The notes beneath the pieces are model-generated. The model saw nothing but the letters and a program-made list of their open reading frames with translations. It did no database searches and was not told the origin of the DNA. Shown one piece after another: positions 49,431 through 63,560 of a stretch of DNA of 64,000 bases. The translations under genes and the position numbers were made by a program. The stretch is from Octopus sinensis (Eukaryota), in the NCBI RefSeq assembly GCF_006345805.1, contig NC_043021.1, forward strand, positions 8,494,001 to 8,558,000. The letters are read 5' to 3'. Each line of letters opens with the position of its first letter. Position 1 is the first letter of the stretch.

Positions 49431-51581
49431 TGCGCGCGCACGTGTTGTATAAGCGTATATTTGTGTATGTAAATAAGCATTTGCCTGTGTGTGAATACAC
49501 CACTTTAAAAGTATGTGAATAAATAAATATAAATACTGTATGTTTAAATATATGAATATATATTTAAATATATATTTAAATATATACGTATGCTTTAAAT
49601 ATGTCTTTGTCGCAGTTTTTTGTTTATTCCTTTTTATATTTATTTATTTTATTTTATTCGTCAAAGGAAATTTTTTGAAAAATATGGAATTACTCAAAGA
49701 TAAGAATTAATGATTGTATTAAGATATGACGTCATTGTGCCCTGCACCTGACACAAGCCAAATATAAAATCCAATGAACTGAAGTTCTGTTGGGTCGCTT
49801 CATCTGCTAAAAATAGCAACCAAATCTCCTTCAGGGTCTTACTTTATAGCATCGGGAAAGGATATGAGCAGTGTATGCAAGGGTGTAAGTCTAGACATAT
49901 ACTTTAACGGATAATAAACCGGATGGTAACGGGGTTACGGCCTTGGGAAAAGCATTCCATTAAACGGGACCAGCGTTGGATTAACCATTAAGCAAAATAA
50001 GTACGCGCTTAGGGCATCAAGTGAAGTGGCGGTGGGGGGGGGCACCATAGAAACAGTAAATGGATTACGGCACAAAAGAAATCACATTAAACTTACTCTT
50101 TTACTCTTTTACTCTTTTACTTGTTTCATTCATTTGACTGCGTCCATGCTGGAGCACTCCTTTAGTCGAGCAACTCGACCCCAGGACTTATTCGTTGTAA
50201 GCCCAGTACTTATTCTATCGGTCTCTTTTGCCGAACCGCTAAGTGACGGGAACATAAACACACCAGCATCGGTTGTCAAGCATTGCTAGGGGGACAAACA
50301 CAGACACACAAACACACACACGCATATATATATATATATATACATATATACGTGGGCTTCTTTCAGTTTCCGTCTACCAAATCCACTCACAAGGCTTTGG
50401 TCGGCCCGAGGCTATATAGTAGAAGACACTTGCCCAAGATGCCACGCAGTGGGACTGAACCCAGAACCATATGGTTGGTAAGCTAGCTACTTACCACACA
50501 GCCACTCCTGCGCCTATTGTTAAAGTAATATTCTTTTCTAGATATATACCGACCCCGAAAGAATGAAAGGCAAGTTGACCTTGGCGGAATTTGAACTCAG
50601 AACATAGAGATGGGTGAAATGTCGCTAAGCAAATCGACACTAGGCGCAGAAGTGGCTGTGTGGTAAGTAGCTTGCTTACCAACCACATGGTTCCGGGTTC
50701 AGTCCCACTGCGTGGCACCTTGGGCAAGTGTCTTCTGCTATAGCCTCGGGCCGACCAAAGCCTTGTGAGTGGATTTGGTAGGCGGAAACTGAAAGAAGCC
50801 TATCGTATTTATATGTATATATATATATGTATGTATGTGTATATATATGTATATATATATGTATGTATGTGTATATGTTTGTGTGTCTGTGTTTGTCCCC
50901 CTAGCATTGCTTGACAACCGATGCTGGTATGTTTACGTCCCCGTAACTTAGCGGTTCGGCAAAAAGAGACCGATAGAATAAGTACTGGGCTTACAAAAGA
51001 ATAAGTCCCGGGGTCGATTTTTTTTTTTTCTTTACTGCCCACAAGGGGCTAAACACAGAGGGAACAAACAAGGACAGACAAACGGATTAAGTCGCTTATA
51101 TCGACCCCAGTGCATAACTGGTACTTATTTAATCGACACCGAAAGGATGAAAGGCAAAGTCGACCTGGGCGGAATTTGAACTCAGAACGTAGCGGCAGAC
51201 GAAATACCGCTAAGCATTTCGCCCGGCGTGCTAACGTTTCTGCCAGCTCACCGCCTTCGGGGTCGATTTGCTCGACTAAAGGTGGTGCTCCAGCATGGCC
51301 GCAGTCAAATGACTGAAACAAGTAAAAGAGTCAAAGAGAGAGAGTAAACAATATAACAATAAGAAAAGGAATTACAGAGACAGAAAGCTGAGCTGAGCTG
51401 AGTTTGAGTGACGTAATTAAACTAATTAAAATTGGCAAGTGTAAATTGATTAATGAAATATATATATAAAAAAAAAAAAATTATATTTTTGAAAAAAAAT
51501 TTTTGAACTTTGTGAAAATGGGCGCTGCTCCATCTTCTCTGTTATCAGTCCGACATTTTTATTCTGGAAAGCAGAAAGGTA

Positions 51582-51620
<39 letters not shown>

Positions 51621-52264
51621 ATATATATCATACGTATTTGCATACATGTGTAAATATAGATCCATAGCAATATCTGTATATCTATCTATCCATCTATTTA
51701 TCTATCTGCATGTGTGTGTGTATGTGTGTGTATAAATATATTTAATATATATGTATATATACATGTGCATGTATATGTGTGTTTCTGTATGTATGTATAT
51801 ATATATATATATACTCTTTACTCTTTACTCTTTTACTTGTTTCAGTCATTTGACTGCGGCCATGCTGGAGCACCGCCTTTAGTCGAGCAAATCGACCCCA
51901 GAACTTATTCTTTGTAAGCCCAGTACTTATTCTATCGGTCTCTTTTGCCGAACCGCTAAGTAACGGGGACATAAACACACCAGCATCGGTTGTCAAGCAA
52001 TGCTAGGGGTACAAATACAGACACACAAACATGCACGCACACACACACATATATATACATATATATGACAGGCTTCTTTCAGTTTCCGTCTACCAAATCC
52101 ACTCACAAGGCTTTGGTCGGCCCGAGGCTATAGTAGAAGATACTTGCCCAAGGTGCCACGCAGTGGGACTGAACCCGAACCATGTGCTTGGTTAGCAAGC
52201 TACTTACCACACAGCCACTCTTGTATATATACTTTATTTAAAGCAGCAGAAAATTCAACAAAAC

Positions 52265-52302
52265 CCCTTACTCTGAGTTTCACGTTCCCGTTCGTCGGAC
52301 AG
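52265..52302 (-). ncRNA. Minimal type I hammerhead-like motif at the centre of a 58-bp-arm palindrome
   Basis: Minus strand ctgt-CCGACGA-acg ggaa cgt-GAAA-ctc a gag-TA-aggg; the opposite arm keeps GAAActcagagTAacag with the intact stem I partner. Confidence 0.6.
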
Positions 52303-53165
52303 GGAACGTGAAACTCAGAGTAACAGGTTTTGTTGAATTTTCTGCTGCTTTAAATAAAGCATATTACTCTACCACTGGTATTTGAGTACTCTTTTTTCCA
52401 CCTTGTTTCACATTTATGTGTTTACTCCGGTATATATATATATATATGCATACTTGGAAAATGATGCGTGGCGTTCGATCATATATTAATATAAATAATA
52501 CATAAATATATGCATATATACTTACAAATTTTTTGCGGGAAGGGGCCAGTCGATTAGATCGACCCAGCACGTAACTGGTACTTAAGATATCGATCCTGAA
52601 AGGATGAAGGGCAAAGTCGACCTCGGCGGAATTTGAACTAAGAACCTAAAGACTCTACCACTGGTATTTCGTCTGCCACCACGTTCTAAGTTCAAATTCC
52701 GCCGAGGTTAACTTTACCTTTCATCCTTTCGGGGTTGATTAAATAAGTACCAGTTACGCACTGGGGGTCGATGTAATCGACTTAATCCGTTTGTCTGTCC
52801 TTGTTTGTCCCCTCTGTGTTTAGCCCCTTGTGGATAATGAAGAAATGAGAATCGTTAGCACACCGGACAAAATGCATAACAGCATTTCTTCCGGCTCTTG
52901 ACATTCCGCGTTCAGATTCTTCTGCGGTCAACTTTACTTTTCCAAATTTCTTTTCTTTTTTTTTTGCTCGGTGTCGATAAAATAAAAAAAACAAAACAGT
53001 TGAGTGGCTGTGTGGTAAGTAGCTTGCTAACCAACCACATGGTTCCGGGTTCAGTCCCACTGCGTGGCATCTTGGGCGAGTGTCTTCTGCTATAGCCCCG
53101 GGCCGACCAACGCCTTGTGAGCGGATTTCGTAGACGGAAACTGAAAGAGGCCTGTCGTATATATG

Positions 53166-53229
<64 letters not shown>

Positions 53230-53799
53230 TGTTTGTGTGTCTGTGTTTGTTCCCCTAGCATTGCTTGACAACCGATGCTGGTGTGTTTACGTCCCCGTCA
53301 CTTAGCGGTTCGGCAAAAAGAGAAAGTTAGAATAAGTACTGAGCTTACAAAAAATATAAGTCCCGGGGTCGAGTTGCTCGACTAAAAGGCGGTGCTCCAG
53401 CATGGCCGCAGTCAAATGGCTGAAACAAGTAAAAGAGTAAAAAGAGAGTATATGGGGAGGGTCGATGTACTTGTCTCGACCCAACCCCCATCCCCGCCCC
53501 CCCCCCCCCGCCTCGCCTCGCCTCGCCCGGCCCCCCAGTATCAATTTCAGGCCTTGTGCATATAATGGAAAGGGATTAATAAGGAACCGTTTCCTTTCCG
53601 TTCCTGCATCACTTTCTTGTAATCCTTTGACATGATGGGCACCGCCAGGAATCTATTTACCATTCTTGGCATTCCTCAATTCCTTAATTTCGCTTTTTGT
53701 TGATGCTGTTGTTGTTGTTTTTTCCGCTTTATTCTAATTTGTATGCAATCTCTTATTCCATTTCAAGGACTTTCTTTCTTTCTCCTTTTCTTTCTCTTT

Positions 53800-53899
53800 N
53801 NNNNNNNNNNNNNNNNNNNNNNNNNNNNNNNNNNNNNNNNNNNNNNNNNNNNNNNNNNNNNNNNNNNNNNNNNNNNNNNNNNNNNNNNNNNNNNNNNNN
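53800..53899. other. Assembly gap (100 N)
   Basis: Run of n characters. Confidence 1.
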
Positions 53900-54030
53900 G
53901 TGAAGTTATTTGATGTATAGTGTGTTTATTAGTCATGTTATATAATAAATAAGCGTATAGAATTTTGTTGTAGACATTGTCTGGTTGTCAATGATCAGTT
54001 TACAGAGTTTAACTTCAGACAGTCGAATAG

Positions 54031-54066
<36 letters not shown>

Positions 54067-54275
54067 ACACACACATTCGAACACACACGTACACACACAG
54101 TACACATACACACACACCACACACACACACACCACACACACACACACATATATATATATATACAGTATAGAATGCTATCAGCTGAGAGAGAGAGAGAGAG
54201 GGAAAGTTGTTATAATAAAAGCCAAAAGGCTTGTGGACTTTTATCACAATAATAATATAATAATAATAATAATAT

Positions 54276-54307
<32 letters not shown>

Positions 54308-54333
54308 CTATATATATATAATATCTTTACAAA

Positions 54334-54440
54334 CAGTTACTCAAAGTTTCATGTCACCGATCGTCGGACAGTTGCGATGATATAAATATAATATAATCGT
54401 AGCTGTTCGACAAACAGTCGTGTGAAACTCTGAATAACAG
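54334..54440. ncRNA. Divergent pair of hammerhead-like motifs (54334-54371 minus, 54403-54440 plus)
   Basis: Minus: ctgt-CCGACGA-tcggtgacat-GAAA-ctt t gag-TA-actg. Plus: ctgt-TCGACAA-acagtcgtgt-GAAA-ctc t gaa-TA-acag. Confidence 0.55.
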
Positions 54441-54914
54441 TTTATGAAGCTGTTTTGGGGCTTTAATAAAGAGTATGTTATACTCCTTGATATACGAGTA
54501 TTATCTTTTCATCTTGATTTGCATTTATGTACTCGCCCTTATGTGTGTGTGTATGTGTATGTGTATGTGCATATATATATATATGTATGTATATTTTATT
54601 GTATTTATATTTGTGTAACATTGTCCGTTTTTTTCCGTCCTTGTTTTTGTATACATTCGCTGCTTTCTTCCAAGGAATCTAATGCTCTTAACTTAGTATT
54701 TCCTTGGGGCTGGCCAGATTGGAGCAATCTTAAGAATAATCAGCCGAAATTGCGAGGATAATCTGGTGCTTGACTGAAGAAAGAAAATTTCGAATGACTC
54801 GTTCTTGTTTTCTTTGTATCGCCTATCTGGATGTTTTGTTGTCCCTTTTTGTATCACCGGATGTTTTGCGTTCTTGTCCCATTTTGTATTATACATATAT
54901 ATATGTATATATAT

Positions 54915-54945
<31 letters not shown>

Positions 54946-55617
54946 TAATAATATATTATATATATATATATATATAATATATATTATATGTTATATGTAT
55001 ATATCTATATGCACATATATATATAGACCAAGACTCTAATATTACGTTACGCACCTTACACACACACACACACGTATATACACGTATTTTGCTATTTTCA
55101 TGTTTGTAATACGTAAAAACTTAATTGGGACAAATTGAAAGTGTTCATTATCATGTATTACGACAACAGAGAATTCAATGGTTCTTGTACAAGCAGAATA
55201 CTCCAGTTAAGTATTCCTTGTGTCTAAGAAGTGCATCAGCAACGCACAGCAGCTGAAGTGTACCAGTAAAAGGAACTAGCAGCTGAGCTGTACTTACCAG
55301 GTGTGGTATACTAAATAAAACTGTACCAGCTTATGTGTACGTGCGTAGTGTCATGTACCAGTCGAGGAGTAGCTACAAGCTGTGGTGCACGATATCATTG
55401 ATCTATCACTTGAATTGTGTTTAACAGGACAAACCAATGAGAATATCAAATACATTTGATCACTGTGGAATGGAGAAAACCATGCAAGAATTTTCATAAT
55501 ATAATACCGTGTTTCTACAAATACAACTCACTCTTTGCCTTTCACTCCTCTCTCTCTCCATTCTCTCTTCCTCTCTAACACACAGAAAAAATGTATGGAA
55601 TTGCCAATTATCACGGC

Positions 55618-55652
<35 letters not shown>

Positions 55653-55693
55653 ATATATATATGTATGTATGTATGTATGCATATATGCAGGAA

Positions 55694-55724
<31 letters not shown>

Positions 55725-56063
55725 TGTTTCCACACATGCATATGTGTGTGTTGGTATATATATATATAACGATATCTATGTGTGAAACTATATGCAGATA
55801 TGGATAAGTACGCGTATACTCGTGTATATAGATTCATGCACGTATATATGTATTAAGGTATCATATGATTATATACAAGCTTATTGAATTGCATAATGTA
55901 TGTTAAATTATGTAAGTGTATAATTAACATTTTGATATATACATAGACATACACACATATACATTCATGTAGGTATATATGCATGTAGATGGATATGCAT
56001 GTATGAATATATGTTATGTGTATTTCCACTATTCATATAAGTAACGCACACAGACATACATCC

Positions 56064-56097
<34 letters not shown>

Positions 56098-56572
56098 ACA
56101 CTCACACAGTACCACGGTTCACCTTACACACCACACATGTGGAATACAAGAAACAATTCCATAATAAAGCAAATTGGTGAAGTCCACGAAAGAGACTATA
56201 TTTCACCAGTTCCCACAAAAACAAAAACAAAATAAAAAAACGTACGATGCTACACACACCTCAGGAACATAGGGATTGCATCAGGTGCTGCAGTAGAAAC
56301 TCGCATCTAACTAATAATAATAATAATAATAATAATGATCGTTTCTACTATAGGCACAAAGCCTGAAATTTGGGAGGGGGGATAGTCGATTACATCGACC
56401 CCAGTATTCAACTGGTACTTATTTCATCGACCCGGAAAGGATGAAAAGCAAAGTCAACCTCGGCGGAATTTGAACTCAGAACGTAAAGAAAGGCAGGCAA
56501 AATGCTGCTAAGTGTTTGGCCCGGCGTGCTAACAATTCTGCCTGCTCACCGCCTTAAATAATGATGATGATG

Positions 56573-56644
<72 letters not shown>

Positions 56645-58435
56645 TTAATAATGATAATAATAATAATGATAATAACGACGAGGACGATGAGGATGATAAT
56701 GATGATGAGGATGATGATGATAATAACGATAATGGCTTTTAACATAGGCACAAGGCCAGAAAATTAGTTTGGGTTTGGAGTTTGTCGATTATATCTACCC
56801 CAGTATAAAACAAAAAAAAAAAAATTCTTTGCATTCATTAATTAATTCTTTGAACTTCTTATTTAATTAATTTATCATGTAAAAATATTCATACAAAGAA
56901 GAGGAATAATGAAGGTAGAAAAATTCGTGGTCTTTAAGATATATTTCTTTTTTATTTTATGAACTTATAAATGTATTTTATGGCATTATTCTGTAACATT
57001 TCTGTTGTTCTAATCAATGGATTTCCATGAAAAATGTTTCTCGAATAGTGAAGACTATCCCATGGCACCAACGTTGCAGATCTTTTTCTAAAAGCTCGAT
57101 AATTTTGCCGCTCTTCATCCCACAAAAGGTATACGAGTGCTTCTCAAAGTTGTTGGTGAAAAGTTTTATATGGGTACCAGAGACAAAAGGACGGCAGGAG
57201 GCGATAGATGTGTCTAAACAGCTTTTTAATTTTAACTTTAAAAAAAAAAAAATTGAATGTAATAATATTATGATAAACCGCTTGTTAACCATAATCACAG
57301 CAACAGCAATGACAATAACAATAACAATAACAACAATAAGGATAAACTTCGAAATGAATAAATAAATAAATAAATAAATAAATGAACAAAACTGATTATA
57401 CCATCTATGCGTGTAAATTCTAAACGATAAACAAATGTCTAATTTGACTGTAGAATTCAATAATAAAATTCTGTGGTTACTACTATATATGCAGGCTGTA
57501 GCATTAGGTAACGTCCTGTCTTGTTTGTGCACAACTATGTGTCCATATAGAGAAGTATTGAATTTTACAGAATCGTGTCAAGGGGGCGTTGAAAAAGTGT
57601 TGGTAAAAGAATAGGGCTGATAGATAAAATGTTTTGAGAAGCACAGTTGCATACAGCAGAATTTCTGACTATTAAACGCAGTTTTTGTCTAAATTTACTC
57701 ACGTTTTCCTTGTAATTCTCACAACGAACGCGACCATTGCGCATAATTCGAATACTCTCGACAAAGCTAATATCTTCAACCCCACCCAACATTAGAGCAC
57801 ACCCGCCGTTACCAAACTTGGGTATTTCCTGGGAGTTCCTTTAGCAAACATATCAACCATTCTACTGCTCCACTCCTACCACCGCCTTAAACAACAAAAT
57901 AACAATCTTAATTTTGCCAATGGCTCCGACGTGTGTCTTTCATTTTACTTATAAATGGTTTTCCCTTTGTGCTGAAAGAGACTTTTAAACAAACTGGGAC
58001 GTCATCTTCACATACCTTTTGACGTCACATAGTGTACGGGCGATCACACACAGACATACGTAAATATGCACACACATTCATAATTGGACATCGACACAGT
58101 CTTGAGTAAGAAAAGGTCAGACACTAAAGAATATGAACAAACACAGACATATTTAGTTGCATCCAAAGTAGATAGGTTGGTAAGCATTTACGCATTTAAA
58201 TGTATCATACATATAATACATTCATACATACACATATATATGCATGCATATGTGTATACATACATACATATACACACACGCACCCACACACATGTATAAA
58301 TACATCCATAAATGTATAAACACACATGAATGTATATATATATATCTATATATAAATACTTGTATATTTATATACATATATATACATATGTGTATGCATA
58401 TATTTATGTATTTATATAATATGTATATAAAGATG

Positions 58436-58471
<36 letters not shown>

Positions 58472-59194
58472 ATATATATATATGTCAGTCGATAACCTTA
58501 TTGGGGTGATGTTCACCATTGAAGTCATTGTCTTCAAGTAGTGTATGTAGGGCAAGTTGGCCTGGTGGAGCCTCTCTGTTATTTTTCAGTCTAATATGTG
58601 TGTGCGTGATGTGTGTTTCTGCGTGTGTGTGGGTATATATAAAGTCGGGGTAATATATATATATATATATAAATATTTATGAATAACATTCGGTTTATAA
58701 TTATTTATGCGTCATATAAGTTGCATACGCGATAAATATGTACACAAAAATATTTGTGTTAATGCATGTGTGCATTCTGTGTATATATATATGTATTTGT
58801 TTGCTTATATGAACGAATAGATATGTTGAACTGAGTGTGTAAAATTTATGAAATGCGTATATTATTTTTCGCTGTGTATGTTAAGGATTAATTTTAAAAA
58901 ATCCGTTAATAAAAATCTAACCTCTTTTGTGATGCGTTTTGTATTTCAGAATTCGATTTTCATTTTTGATTTGTATCGGTCTTTCCCATTTTAAGATTCA
59001 ATTTCGCATTCAGACATTGCTGTAAAATGCTTTATCTCGCTCACACTGGACGGCCAGGGCACGCGTTCAAGTTTAGGCTTGGGAGGCATATACTGGTAGA
59101 ATTTTTTTTTGGTGTTTTTAGAAATTATTTATAGAGTAGTGTATTGATTCAATAAATTGATATATAATAATAATGACAATAATAATAATAACAA

Positions 59195-59246
<52 letters not shown>

Positions 59247-59505
59247 TAATAATAATAATAATTGTAACGTTCACAGCAACAACAACGGCAACATGAACAA
59301 CTAAAAGTAACTGTACATAATCTAGTAAATTTTTGGCTAAAATGTTTCTTGGCAGCCATTTTATAATTGTCATTTAAATTAATTACTTGACGTTATATAT
59401 CGTTAATTTTCTTAATTATAACTTCTGCTTGTCTAAAATATCAGTATCATTTATAATTAAGTTATTTAAAGGAAACAATATTTTATAATCATAATAACAA
59501 CAATG

Positions 59506-59561
<56 letters not shown>

Positions 59562-59738
59562 TAAAAAATACAATGGTAATAAATAAGTACTTAAGTGGGT
59601 TTTCAAGATTTAGGCAAGTAATCTTAAATGTTTTGCCCGGAGACACAACCCAGTTTTTGCAGCGTTTTACAACCTCACGATTCAAAAACCTAAAATCCGA
59701 AAATCCGACAGAGTGGTCACTCGACCATTGCGTATCCA

Positions 59739-59805
<67 letters not shown>

Positions 59806-61068
59806 TAAAACAAAAGGAAAACAGCTTAAACATAATCCGCAAAATCATATTTAATAAGTTCTGTGCTGCTAGCATTATATTTGAGTATTAAGCTATATAA
59901 AAAAGGGTGTAGTGTTTCTGTGGTTTATTCGATTTTCTTTCTTATCTTCACCCAGACAGTATATAATTATTGGGCCTAAATAGCTTTTAGGCTAAAATAC
60001 CGCATGACTGTTTCCTCTACCAATTTAAACCAACTCTTTCTGACGCTCACATACGTTTATGGTTGTTTTGCGTTGTTTGAAGTGTTACACTCATAAATAA
60101 AGCGACAGCATGTTCAAGTCTCACGTAAACATATTGTGTTTTATACAAATCGTTTTTTTTTTTTTTTAATTTTCTTTCTCCGGTAAAAAGTTAAACTTAA
60201 CTGAGGATGCAACACTTATAATAGATCAGTTTCTTGTCTATGATGAAAATCGTCTAATATCGATCACAGTCAATCTATCTGGAATAAAAAATACCAGCAT
60301 GTATGTGTAAATTGCTTACTTATAGACAAGAATTCAACATTGAGGCAAAATTGCTTTCAACTCGCTCGGCAAATAATATAGACTCCAAAAAAAAAACAAT
60401 TTAATTAGATATTTGAACTGTTCATGGCTGACAAATAACTAATTAGTCGAATAAATATTCCACATTTCCTTGTATAAATCCTTTTGTTTTACCGTTTCTT
60501 AGTTTATTGCTTAGTAATAGTTTATCTTGTTATATTGTAAACATCTCTCAGTGGCATCAACTATAAATGAAGATATTTCCATTTTCTTGGAACCCTTCAT
60601 AATTTCCTTTAAGCGTTTAATTTAAAAATAATCTTTACCCATAACATTTTGCTTCTACTTGGCTTTGAATTTCTATAGTACATCTGAAATTTTGTGACAC
60701 TCAAGTATTCAGTGTGTTTGATAAAAAAATAGTTATCGCCAATCTCGTCTGTTTGAAATATTGTAGTTATATGCAATATTATTATTATACGCCATGTTAC
60801 AGCATCCTGCCGTTTGTTTAATTATAAGATATTCTGTGTGATTATCATTCTAATTTGGAAAGAATCTTCTACAGCAAACATTTATCCTTTATTTTTCGAG
60901 TTAAATACATCCTTTTGATTTCTCAGTTATTTTGGCTCAAAAAATATTGTATAAGCTAACGTTCGAACAGAATTTGGAGGTTTCAGACATTATAACTTCT
61001 CAAAAATTTCTTACTTCATGCGAAACACTTAAACCATTATTTCTCACCTTCTCATACTTACATATATG

Positions 61069-61141
<73 letters not shown>

Positions 61142-61899
61142 TTTATATATATGATGTTTATATATGTATGTATACAACCACATATACGCACACTTATAGG
61201 CGTTGTCTTTTTTTCTTTACATTAGTAAAACTGGACCAAAATTTTTCCTTGCTGAATTGTTCTCGAACACATCAAAATGAACAGACCGTGACACTCATAA
61301 CCTCTATAAATATAAAACGGCCTAAAACCTTCTCAGTATGGATTACTAGGTTACGTGTAATATATATATACATATGTGTGTGTGTATGTCTGTATGTTAT
61401 CTATGTATGTATGTATGTAGATATATAACCCTAGGAATTTGATAAATACTCTGATACCATTCACTGTTCATAGTTTTGTTCTTTTTCTAGACTACACGAA
61501 ATTTACGTCGATCATGCTTCTTAGGTTCTCTGATCAAGGTGACAACTGTACAGAACTATTCTCCATGATACATTACAAGATAAAATATCGTGTCAGTAAA
61601 ATTATATAATTAAGGAAGATGTGTAATATTTATAATGAGAGAGAGAAAAAAAAACTATTCTGAGAGTCATAACCAACCCATAGCGTTCCGATAGTTGTTA
61701 TGATATTTGAACAACTAGCACTTATAATACAACAATATAAAAAAGTACCGATGGGTTTTGTTTTACAGTAACACCGAGTATTTTGGGCAACGCACTCTCT
61801 CCCTGTACACGATTCATCGAACAAACTTAGAATCTCTTTTTATTAAACATACTGAGTGGTATATCATCATAGATTTACATTCCAGCTCATCATACATAT

Positions 61900-62067
61900 T
61901 ACATCGTAAATATATATATACGAATAGAGGCATGAATACAAAATATATTCATATTTGCATATTTTTATATATACGTATATATATATATATAGATAGATAT
62001 ATATATATATAAACATATATACATAAATGTGTGCGCGCGTGTAAATATACATGTATGTATATATATA

Positions 62068-62102
<35 letters not shown>

Positions 62103-62135
62103 ATATATAATATATATTCATTATATATATTGTAT

Positions 62136-62181
<46 letters not shown>

Positions 62182-62187
62182 ATATCA

Positions 62188-62230
<43 letters not shown>

Positions 62231-62339
62231 ATATATACATATACATATATGTATATACGCGCCGTACGTGTATATATGGAGACATACATAGGCACATGCG
62301 TACTCTCATACCTATATATATAAGTATGTATGTATGTAC

Positions 62340-62411
<72 letters not shown>

Positions 62412-62888
62412 GTATAAATATATATATATATATCATTAGTTCATTTAGGTCGGTCTAGTGACCTATTACTCTTGAGTTTCCACGGCTTGCACCCGCTTCT
62501 TCAGACATGTCTAGTCTCAAGAAGCAACAGCACGCGGGGTGAAAGCTTCTGAATAGAAGAGCCCTGGACCGGCCTAAATGATCTAATGCACACTTATGTT
62601 TGTATTGAGTACTTCTCAGGCCCGCTACTTAACAACGGGCACATATATATATATATATATATAATATATATATATATATATACATGTAATGTATATGTGT
62701 GAACATATGTATATATCTATCTACCTATTTATCTATTTACCTAAAATATATACACATATATATATATATATTATATATATATGCATGTTCGTATGTATAA
62801 TATCTATGTATACGTATGAGTGTGTGTATGTGAATGCAAGTATGGGCTTATGCCTGGTGGTCTACGCGTATTTACATATATATAATAT

Positions 62889-62969
<81 letters not shown>

Positions 62970-63211
62970 ATATAATATATATATATATATTATATATATA
63001 TATGAACAAGGGGAAATGTATTTAAATAGCATGTCCTGTAAATATTTATTGATATTTTAAGTTTTCGTTGATTTAAAGATTTAATATACATTCCTCCCCA
63101 GCTCTCCCCTCCCAGCTCCCTCAGCTATGGCTTTACCCTCTTTTCGCTCACGCTGTATATATAATATATAATATAATATATGTATATTATATATATGTAT
63201 ATGTGTATATA

Positions 63212-63244
<33 letters not shown>

Positions 63245-63515
63245 ATATATTATATATGTATATATATATGTATATATATATATGTATATATATAATGCAT
63301 ATATATATATGTATACACATACACAATATATATATATATGTGTGTGTATGTGTGTGTGTGTGTTGTATATATAAAACGTATGTACGTATGTATTACTGTT
63401 TTTTTGTGTGCATAGATAGTACTTTTTAGTTATGGAAATGTGCACTTTATGAGCATGCATACGTAAGATCGTGCGAATGTATACATGTTTATATTTGTGT
63501 GTGTGAGTGGTGTGT

Positions 63516-63557
<42 letters not shown>

Positions 63558-63560
63558 GTG
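61900..63560. repeat. (AT)n/(GT)n microsatellite field
   Basis: Direct inspection. Confidence 0.95.
62463..62508 (-). ncRNA. Hammerhead-like motif with canonical CUGANGA core in a degenerate palindrome (62434-62588)
   Basis: Minus strand tgt-CTGAAGA-a-gcgg gtgcaag ccgt-g-GAAA-ctc aa gag-TA-ata(g); a mirrored degenerate copy CTCAAGA...GAAA lies on the plus strand at 62516-62544. Confidence 0.6.

Noticed and set aside
57014-57532. 172-aa minus-strand ORF as a gene
   Set aside because: Largely built from AT-rich microsatellite sequence, with no recognisable domain or clear splice pair.
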